Below are positions 55,145-64,000 of a stretch of DNA of 64,000 nt, one piece after another. The stretch spans positions 90,748 to 154,747 of the forward strand of contig CAJXBI010000001.1 in the NCBI GenBank assembly GCA_913050005.1, written 5' to 3'. The notes under the pieces are model-generated. The model did not search any database. It saw nothing but the letters and a program-made list of their open reading frames with translations, and was not told where the DNA came from. Origin of the DNA: an uncultured Bacteroidota bacterium (GTDB lineage Bacteria; Bacteroidota; Bacteroidia; NS11-12g; UBA9320). A program made the position numbers and the translations under genes. Each line of letters opens with the position of its first letter. Positions within the stretch are counted from its first letter, which is position 1.

Positions 55145-57607
55145 TTATTTGGGAGAAATAACATCCCAAATTTTTGGGTTTTTAACTTTTTGTTTGGTAA
55201 GAGCAAAATCCAATACTTGACTCATTTGATCTACAAAATGAAATTTAAGATTAGTTATGTATGATGGATTAATATCATCAATATCCTTTTTATTGGCTTT
55301 AGACATAATGATTTCTTTTATTCCGGCACGTTTAGCTGCTAATATCTTTTCTTTAATTCCACCCACTGGCAATACCTTTCCGCGTAAGGTTATTTCTCCA
55401 GTCATTGCTAATCGATTTTTGACCTTTCGCTGAGTCAAAATAGATGCTAATGCAGTCAGTATAGTAATCCCTGCACTAGGGCCATCCTTTGGGACAGCAC
55501 CTGCAGGGAAGTGGATATGGATATCATATTGGTCAAATATTAAATGGTCAATTCCATAGAATTGGGCATTAGCTTTTAACCAAGTATTTGCATTGATGGC
55601 ACTTTCTTTCATCACGTCTCCTAGCTGTCCAGTTAGTGTAATTTTACCTTTTCCTTTAGTTAAAGATGTTTCAACAAATAAAATATCGCCACCGACACTT
55701 GTCCATGCTAAACCTGTGACTACTCCTGCTACTTCATTGGTCTCATAAAGATCTTTTTCTATTTTGTCTTTGCCAAGTATAAGTTCGGTATCTGTTAAGC
55801 TGATTGTAGGTTTTGGCTTATTACCATATACTAGTTCTTTTGCTTGCCATCTACATATTTTGGCTAATCTTTTATCTAGCGTTCGAACACCACTTTCTCG
55901 GGTAAATTCATCAACTATTTTTTCGATAATTTTATCAGACATACGAATATCTTTAGACTTCAAGCCGTGTTCTTTTCTCTGCTTTGGTAATAGGTGTTTT
56001 TTTGCAATACCTATTTTTTCTTCAACAGTATATCCTGTAATATCAATGATTTCCATTCGATCCCTAAGTGCTGGCTGAATGGTGTCTAATCGATTTGCAG
56101 TAGCCACAAATAAAACATTGCTTAAATCGTAGTCTAAGTCAACGTAGTTATCATGAAAAGCATTATTCTGTTCAGGATCTAATATTTCAAGTAATGCTGA
56201 GGATGGATCACCTCTATAATCATTCCCAATTTTGTCGATCTCATCCAAAACAAAAATAGGGTTACTTTTTCCCGCTTTTTTAAGAGACTGGATGATACGT
56301 CCAGGCATGGCACCAATATAGGTTTTTCTGTGGCCTCTTAATTCAGATTCATCATGTAGACCGCCCAGACTCATTCTTACATATTCTCTTCCCATTGATT
56401 TGGCAATGGATTTTCCAAGTGAAGTTTTTCCAACTCCTGGAGGTCCATATAGACAAAGAATTGGGGATTTCATATCGCCTTTGAGTTTTAGCACTGCCAA
56501 GTATTCTAGAATTCGCTCTTTTACTTTTTCGAGACCAAAATGATCAGCATCCAGCACTTTTTTTGCTTGTTTTAGGTCGAAATTATCTTTCGAAAATTCT
56601 GACCAGGGTAACTCTAGTAACAATTCTACATAATTTAAGCTCACCGAGTAGTCTGGTGTAGCTGGATTCATTCTCATCAAACGATCTAGTTCTTTATTGA
56701 ATGCTTTAGCTACAGTTTTATTCCATTGTTTTTTGCTTCCTTTTGTTCGGAGAACTTCGATTTCTTTATCTGGTGAATCTTGTCCAAGTTCTTCTTGTAT
56801 AGCACGTATTTGTTGTTGTAAGAAATATTCTTTTTGTTGCTGATCAAGGTCTACTTTTACTTTAGTATGAATCTTATTCTTAAGCTCAAGCATTTGAAGT
56901 TCTTTATCCAAGAAAAATAATACACGATTGGCTTTTTTCTTAAAATCTGATAGCTCCAATACTTCTTGTTTTTCATCAACTGAAACATTAAGATTTGATG
57001 AAATAAAATTAACTAAAAAGTTAGGAGAGTTTATATTTTTTAGAGCAAAGTTAGCTTCAGTAGGTATGTTTGGTGAAATATCTACAATTTTAGAGGCTAA
57101 CTCTCGAATACTATCAATCGTAGCATTTGTCTCTTTTCCTTTGGCGGCTTTACCATCAGTAAATGCGTTGATATCTCCTCTAAAATAAGGATCTCCATGT
57201 GTGATATTTTTGAGAGTAAATTTTCGTTTTCCTTGAATAATAACGGTAATATTACCATCAGGCATCTTGAGCATTTTTAATATATGTGCTAATGTACCAG
57301 TTTGATAAAAGTCATCTGCATTCGGATCTTCAATACTCTGATCCTTTTGAGCAATTACCCCTATTATTTTATTACCCTTGTAAGCGTCTTGAATGAGTTT
57401 TATGGATTTGTCTCTCCCAACTGTTACCGGAAAAACAACTCCTGGAAAAAGTACTGTATTACGAAGTGGTAATAATGGCAGATTTTCTGGGTAATCTCCA
57501 GAATTGTCATCTTCAAAATCACTATCAGCAATTACAGATATAATTTCTGATCCGTCTTCTTCACCTAAAAAATCGCCGTCTAACTTAAATCTATTGTCAA
57601 ATGTCAT
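55145..57607 (-). CDS. lon: ATP-dependent Lon protease (endopeptidase La)
   Basis: GPPGVGKTS Walker A and PKDGPSAG catalytic Ser motif. 820 aa. Confidence 0.95.
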   Translation of the reverse strand: MTFDNRFKLDGDFLGEEDGSEIISVIADSDFEDDNSGDYPENLPLLPLRNTVLFPGVVFPVTVGRDKSIKLIQDAYKGNKIIGVIAQKDQSIEDPNADDFYQTGTLAHILKMLKMPDGNITVIIQGKRKFTLKNITHGDPYFRGDINAFTDGKAAKGKETNATIDSIRELASKIVDISPNIPTEANFALKNINSPNFLVNFISSNLNVSVDEKQEVLELSDFKKKANRVLFFLDKELQMLELKNKIHTKVKVDLDQQQKEYFLQQQIRAIQEELGQDSPDKEIEVLRTKGSKKQWNKTVAKAFNKELDRLMRMNPATPDYSVSLNYVELLLELPWSEFSKDNFDLKQAKKVLDADHFGLEKVKERILEYLAVLKLKGDMKSPILCLYGPPGVGKTSLGKSIAKSMGREYVRMSLGGLHDESELRGHRKTYIGAMPGRIIQSLKKAGKSNPIFVLDEIDKIGNDYRGDPSSALLEILDPEQNNAFHDNYVDLDYDLSNVLFVATANRLDTIQPALRDRMEIIDITGYTVEEKIGIAKKHLLPKQRKEHGLKSKDIRMSDKIIEKIVDEFTRESGVRTLDKRLAKICRWQAKELVYGNKPKPTISLTDTELILGKDKIEKDLYETNEVAGVVTGLAWTSVGGDILFVETSLTKGKGKITLTGQLGDVMKESAINANTWLKANAQFYGIDHLIFDQYDIHIHFPAGAVPKDGPSAGITILTALASILTQRKVKNRLAMTGEITLRGKVLPVGGIKEKILAAKRAGIKEIIMSKANKKDIDDINPSYITNLKFHFVDQMSQVLDFALTKQKVKNPKIWDVISPK

Positions 57608-57733
57608 GTTGTCATTTTATACATCTCTCTTGCTAAGATCAAGAGCAACGAGTTTAAACGCAAAGGGTGTGCCACGACTTATTCAAAATAACTTTAATTA
57701 AATAAATGTATAATTTTTGTTTAATAAATTCAA

Positions 57734-59467
57734 TTAATCGAGCAGTTTTCCTTTGGATGCAGATTTGTAAAATAAAAGAATACCCAATATCATACTGACT
57801 AAAAATAAACCAGATTCTTCCCACTCTTGGAAGATAACTTTACCGATCATGAATAAAAAGGAGTAAACAGTAATTATTCCTCCTAACCATGCAAGAAAAA
57901 GATGTGGTATGGTCTTTTTGAAGTTCTCAAATCCTTGCGGGTAGATTTTATTTTTGAAATTTTTAACGTGTTTTTGACTGTCTGACTTAGTAATAAGGCT
58001 GATTATAATCCAACAAAAAGTAGTTGTTCCGACAGTGATAAAAAATGAGGTAGGATTTGAAGACAAAGATTCGCCCAAAATTGGATAATCGTAAATGAAT
58101 ACAAATTTAAGTAAGCCGTAGACAATAAATGGGGTTACTGTAGCAACAATTTCTGCCCAGGCGTTGATTCGAAACCAAAACCATCGAGCCATTAATAATA
58201 AACCCAATCCAGCGCCACATTCCATGATGAATTCCCAAACTCCACTGATGGATCTTATTTGAGTTGTTACTCCCAATGCAAGAATCATTATGCCAAAGGT
58301 CACCCAACGACTAGTTGTTATTATGCTATGATTAGAGTTCTTTTTTGGATTCCAAACATCGTTAATTACATAACTTGCCCCCCAATTGAGATGTGTAGAA
58401 ACGGTACTCATATAGGCACCTAAAAAAGCAACCAGTAATAAACCTCGCATACCGGATGGTAGAAATTCTTTCATTGCCATTACAAACCCTAATTTTTTAT
58501 CATCAACTCCCAAGTCTGGATAAAGGACTACCGAACACAAGGCTACTATAATCCAAGGCCAAGGTCGAATACCGTAGTGAGCAAATTGAAAGAAAAACGT
58601 AGCCATAAATGAGTGTTTTTCATTTTTGGAACTAAACATTCGTTGAGCGATATATCCTCCTCCGCCAGGCTCAGCTCCTGGATACCAACTCGACCACCAG
58701 ACCATTCCGGCAATTGCAATAAAAGAAGCAAGCCCCATCGATAGTCCGTTTGTTTCACTGGATTTACCAACACTTGGAATAATGGAAAGACTATATTTTG
58801 GAAGTGCACTTTTAAGACCTGATATTCCACCAATTTCATCAGAATTAACTACTAAAAATGCTAAAATAATACAACCAATTAATGCTACAAAGAATTGAAA
58901 TGCATCCGTAAGTGCTACCCCCAACAAACCGCTGAGTGCAGAATAAGCAGCAACCATAAGCATTGCTAATGCAGTAAAACCAAAAAGCTCAATTCCCTGA
59001 AGGTCAAAAAATACTTCTAGTATAGCCATTAGGGCAAGATTAACCCATGCAAGAATAATGGCGTTCATTCCAACACCCAGATAAATTGCTTTAAACTTTT
59101 TGAGCCATTCAGCTTGTTTTCCGGTATACCTTAAAGTTATAAATTCGGCATCGGTTACAACTCCACTTCTTCGCCATAATTGAGCATAGAAAATCGCCGT
59201 AAACATACCCCCTAAGAGCATATTCCACCATAGCCAATTTCCAGATATACCGTTTTTCGCTACTAATTCAGTAACCGCTAGTGGAGTATCAGCGGCAAAG
59301 GTAGTAGCTACCATACTCAAACCAGCAATATACCATGGGAGATTTTTACCTCCTAAAAAAAATCCTTCAATGCTACTGTTTATTTTACTTTTAGCATACC
59401 ATCCCAATGCAATTGTGATCACTATAAATAAAATAATTATGAAAAAATCAAATCCCGTAAGTGTCAT
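57734..59467 (-). CDS. Sodium:solute symporter (SSS) family transporter
   Basis: Polytopic protein of about 577 aa with SSS-like N-terminal helices. I prefer the ATG at 59467 over the TTG at 59506. Confidence 0.7.
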   Translation of the reverse strand: MTLTGFDFFIIILFIVITIALGWYAKSKINSSIEGFFLGGKNLPWYIAGLSMVATTFAADTPLAVTELVAKNGISGNWLWWNMLLGGMFTAIFYAQLWRRSGVVTDAEFITLRYTGKQAEWLKKFKAIYLGVGMNAIILAWVNLALMAILEVFFDLQGIELFGFTALAMLMVAAYSALSGLLGVALTDAFQFFVALIGCIILAFLVVNSDEIGGISGLKSALPKYSLSIIPSVGKSSETNGLSMGLASFIAIAGMVWWSSWYPGAEPGGGGYIAQRMFSSKNEKHSFMATFFFQFAHYGIRPWPWIIVALCSVVLYPDLGVDDKKLGFVMAMKEFLPSGMRGLLLVAFLGAYMSTVSTHLNWGASYVINDVWNPKKNSNHSIITTSRWVTFGIMILALGVTTQIRSISGVWEFIMECGAGLGLLLMARWFWFRINAWAEIVATVTPFIVYGLLKFVFIYDYPILGESLSSNPTSFFITVGTTTFCWIIISLITKSDSQKHVKNFKNKIYPQGFENFKKTIPHLFLAWLGGIITVYSFLFMIGKVIFQEWEESGLFLVSMILGILLFYKSASKGKLLD

Positions 59468-59476
59468 TAACTTTAT

Positions 59477-59494
59477 TATCACAATTTTGTGATA
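59477..59494. promoter_or_regulatory. Candidate operator: 8+2+8 inverted repeat TATCACAA-TT-TTGTGATA
   Basis: Perfect 8-bp arms, 9 nt upstream of the symporter ATG, in a divergent intergenic region. Confidence 0.35.
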
Positions 59495-59539
59495 TTTATT
59501 CAACAATTAAAAATTAGTTTTAATATTTAATTAACATTA

Positions 59540-59547
59540 TATCTTTG
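59540..59547 (+). promoter_or_regulatory. -7 promoter box TATCTTTG upstream of lipoprotein gene
   Basis: Exact TAnnTTTG, 20 nt upstream of the ATG at 59568. Confidence 0.5.
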
Positions 59548-59567
59548 TATCATCAAAATAATAAAAA

Positions 59568-60419
59568 ATGAAAAACATTAAATTTTTATCAATGATTGGA
59601 TTATTAGCCTTCGGATCATTACTTTTTACAAGCTGCGGTACAGATGATGAACCATCTCCGAGCCCAGTGCTTAATTTTCTTGGTGGGGACTACATTAGTT
59701 CGAACACTAGTATAGCTGCAAATACTAATTTTACGATTGCTGTCACTGCAAACCATACCAAAAACATTAAATCATTGAAGGTAGTTCAATCTTTAGACGG
59801 ACAAACGGATGTTGAATTAGTAGATTCAGCTTACAATGATAAAACAATTGTAGAATTTGTATTTAATGGAACTACAGCGGCAACTGCTGGAACTGAAATT
59901 TATACATTTGTAGTTGCTGATAAAGATGGCATCTCAACCAGTAAAGCAATTACAATAACTAACATTGGTGATCCTGGTAATAATTTAGATATTTTTGAGA
60001 CCGATAATGATAACAATACTTTTAAAGTTTACAATTTTCAAGGTCCATCTGCTGGGGCATATGAGGTAGCTGCAGGTCCACTGACCTCAAGTGATGCTAA
60101 TTCAAGAAAAGATATTCAAGACTCTACTCAAAATGTTGAAGCAAATGACTGGCCAGGTCGTTGGACTTCAAGAAACGGTTCAACTTTTAAGAAAGTTGGC
60201 TCAAGTGCGTGGAGTACAATTTCTAATGATGCAGAAATAAATGCGTCATGGAATGACGCAGGTGCTGAACAATCAGTGATTAATCCTGTAAATGGAGATT
60301 TGTATCTCATTCATGCTAAAAGTTCAAATAAATATGGTTTAATTGAAATTACAGATGTAGTATCAACACCAGATGATAATTTAGATTATGTAGAGTTTAG
60401 ATATAAATTCCAATTATAG
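59568..60419 (+). CDS. Hypothetical lipoprotein
   Basis: Lipobox LLFTSCGTDD. 283 aa. I recognise no family. Confidence 0.5.
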   Translation: MKNIKFLSMIGLLAFGSLLFTSCGTDDEPSPSPVLNFLGGDYISSNTSIAANTNFTIAVTANHTKNIKSLKVVQSLDGQTDVELVDSAYNDKTIVEFVFNGTTAATAGTEIYTFVVADKDGISTSKAITITNIGDPGNNLDIFETDNDNNTFKVYNFQGPSAGAYEVAAGPLTSSDANSRKDIQDSTQNVEANDWPGRWTSRNGSTFKKVGSSAWSTISNDAEINASWNDAGAEQSVINPVNGDLYLIHAKSSNKYGLIEITDVVSTPDDNLDYVEFRYKFQL

Positions 60420-60447
60420 TAGTAAGTTGTTTACTATTTTATTGAAG

Positions 60448-60478
60448 AAAAGGTCGATGTTTTACATCGACCTTTTTT
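60448..60478 (+). terminator. Rho-independent terminator
   Basis: Stem AAAGGTCGATG/CATCGACCTTT, 5-nt loop, T-run. Confidence 0.8.
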
Positions 60479-60503
60479 ATTTGTAGTTGTATTCAAAATC
60501 AAA

Positions 60504-61475
60504 ATGAAAAAAATAGGCGTATATACATCTGGCGGTGATGCTCCAGGTATGAATGCATGTGTAAGGGCTGTTGTGAGAACAGCAATCTTTAATGGACTTG
60601 AAGTTAAAGGAATTAAGCGTGGCTATGAGGGTATGATTTCTAATGATATCATTAATCTTGATCGACAGTCTGTTGCAAATATTATTCAGCGTGGTGGTAC
60701 TTTTTTAAAGACCGCAAGAAGTCAAGCATTCATGACCAAGGAAGGTAGAAAAACAGCGTATGATAATATTAACAAACATGGTATTGATGCACTAATATGT
60801 ATTGGAGGTAATGGCTCATATACAGGAGCTAAAAAATTTTATGAAGAGCACGGTGTTCCATGTATTGGTTTACCTGGAACAATTGACAATGATTTATATG
60901 GTACAGATTTTACAATAGGATATGATACCGCAATTAATACAGCTCTTGATGCAATTGATAAAATCAGAGATACTGCTCATTCACATGAACGAGTTTTTAT
61001 TGTAGAAGTAATGGGTAGAAATAGTGGTTTTATTGCTTTAGACGTTGCTATTGCTGGTGGTGCAGAAGGAGTACTGATTCCTGAAGACCATGGTGATTGG
61101 AATAAGGTTTTGAATCATTTTAATAACCAGAAACGAAGAAAAAAATCCTTCAGTATTATTGTTGTCGCAGAAGGAGATGAACAAGGTGGTGCCTTAATTT
61201 TAGAAAAAAAATTAACGTCAATGTATCCGGATTTAAAAATACGAAGTACTATATTAGGACATGTACAACGGGGTGGAAGTCCAAGTGCACGAGATCGTAT
61301 TTTAGCGTCTCGTTTGGGCTCCGAGGCAATTAACGCACTTCTTGAAGGCCAAAAATTAGTTACTGTGGGTATTGTTTGTGACAAAGTAGTTTACACTTCT
61401 TTTGAACATGCTATTGAAGGAAAAAAATCAGTATCGGAGAGTTTGATTAAATTAGCTGAGATCCTTTCGATTTAA
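60504..61475 (+). CDS. pfkA: ATP-dependent 6-phosphofructokinase
   Basis: TSGGDAPGMNA, GGDGS-like IGGNGS, and PGTIDND motifs. Confidence 0.95.
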   Translation: MKKIGVYTSGGDAPGMNACVRAVVRTAIFNGLEVKGIKRGYEGMISNDIINLDRQSVANIIQRGGTFLKTARSQAFMTKEGRKTAYDNINKHGIDALICIGGNGSYTGAKKFYEEHGVPCIGLPGTIDNDLYGTDFTIGYDTAINTALDAIDKIRDTAHSHERVFIVEVMGRNSGFIALDVAIAGGAEGVLIPEDHGDWNKVLNHFNNQKRRKKSFSIIVVAEGDEQGGALILEKKLTSMYPDLKIRSTILGHVQRGGSPSARDRILASRLGSEAINALLEGQKLVTVGIVCDKVVYTSFEHAIEGKKSVSESLIKLAEILSI

Positions 61476-61483
61476 AAATCATT

Positions 61484-61542
61484 AATACTTCACTGAAAAA
61501 AAGGTGTTGCACAATTTCGATCTCATTTTTTTGTGAAGTATT
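61484..61542. terminator. Long inverted repeat between convergent pfkA and gyrB (probable bidirectional terminator)
   Basis: Perfect 10-bp arms AATACTTCAC/GTGAAGTATT (61484-61493 / 61533-61542), with inner A7/T7 runs able to extend the stem. Confidence 0.5.
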
Positions 61543-61548
61543 ACCTAC

Positions 61549-63495
<1,947 letters not shown>

Positions 63496-63624
63496 TTATT
63501 TGATATAAATTACTTGGTGAAGATACAATTTAAGCTAGGCTGGTTAATGATTTTATTTAATGTACATATCCACAAAAAATAAACACTTTTAAATATATAA
63601 ACAACTGATAGTCAGCAATTTGAA

Positions 63625-64000
63625 TTAAGTCATTTCTCCGCGAATACTTTGACTTAAGATATGCCTTCTTTCTTGATGTGGATAGTTACCAATTACCCAC
63701 ATAAGTTTTGTTAGAGCTGCTTCAGAAGTAATATCTTTTCCTGATATAACATATTCATGTTTTAGAATTTTACTACTGGCATATTGGCCAATTTCAATTT
63801 TTCCATTTGGACACTGAGTGGTTGCAAAAATGATAGTTCCATTATCATCACAAGCTCTAATTAATTCATCCCATCGAGGAGTTTCAGGAAGGTTGCCTGA
63901 TCCAAATGTTTTGAGAACTATACCGTCAATTTTCTTATTTTTAATTAAGTCTATTAAAGCACTTGGGTTATAACCCGGGAAAACAGTAACATTGACTACA
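63625..64000 (-). CDS. L-asparaginase type I-like, C-terminal part (5' end outside window); absent from ORF track
   Basis: My own translation of the minus strand: ...GIVLKTFGSGNLPETP...IIFATTQCPNGKIEIGQYASS...ISGKDITSEAALTKLMWV...GEMT, with a stop at 63625-63627. Confidence 0.65.
   Translation of the reverse strand, partial: VVNVTVFPGYNPSALIDLIKNKKIDGIVLKTFGSGNLPETPRWDELIRACDDNGTIIFATTQCPNGKIEIGQYASSKILKHEYVISGKDITSEAALTKLMWVIGNYPHQERRHILSQSIRGEMT

Noticed and set aside
57627-57645. 6-bp hairpin CTCTTG-N7-CAAGAG upstream of lon, as a heat-shock control element or the symporter terminator.
   Set aside because: The stem is short, no U-run follows it, alternative pairings are equally good, and it does not resemble a known control element.
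58107-58839. Same-strand alternate-frame ORFs (58107-58307 and 58546-58839) within the symporter gene.
   Set aside because: They are embedded in a continuous 577-aa transporter CDS and nothing independently supports them.
63566-63685. Two DnaA-box-like 9-mers (ATATCCACA at 63566-63574, TGTGGATAG at 63677-63685) upstream of gyrB as a possible oriC.
   Set aside because: There are only two 8/9 matches and one is inside the asparaginase CDS. I see no box cluster and no adjacent AT-rich repeat unit, so this is consistent with chance.

Overview
Low-GC (about one third G+C by eye), gene-dense chromosomal segment of a Bacteroidota, probably Flavobacteriia-like, bacterium. The lineage call rests on T9SS components (PorQ, a type-B gliding C-terminal sorting domain), an alternative complex III operon, bshC, a small basic ORF after rpmG, TAnnTTTG -7 promoter boxes and almost no Shine-Dalgarno sequences. 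I support about 60 CDS, nearly all housekeeping. They include actABCDEF, phoH, cmk, typA, dnaA, rpsF-rpsR-rplI, dnaX, rnhB, rpmB-rpmG, ftsY-rimO-bshC, tpiA, rpmE, hisS, lon, pfkA, gyrB and a partial asparaginase. Also present are envelope and secretion genes: porQ, LolCDE-like ABC genes, an OmpA-like protein, and a 1241-aa T9SS cargo. I see no tRNA, rRNA, CRISPR, transposase, integrase, phage or recognisable defence genes, so this looks like core genome rather than an accessory island. The strongest anomaly is dnaX. An A10 tract ends the zero frame after a gamma-sized product, and the tau C-terminus can only be read in the -1 frame. This means programmed or transcriptional slippage, or a homopolymer error. 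Other items: two small ORFs missing from the ORF track (a 50-aa Cys-rich ORF overlapping a Kv channel gene, and a 51-aa basic ORF after rpmG); a partial asparaginase at the right edge; many -7 boxes only 4-8 nt from start codons, implying leaderless or near-leaderless mRNAs; several intergenic inverted repeats; and a domain-split, order-permuted 5'-nucleotidase whose halves carry different export signals. Every functional call comes from motif recognition in the translations, with no database search.
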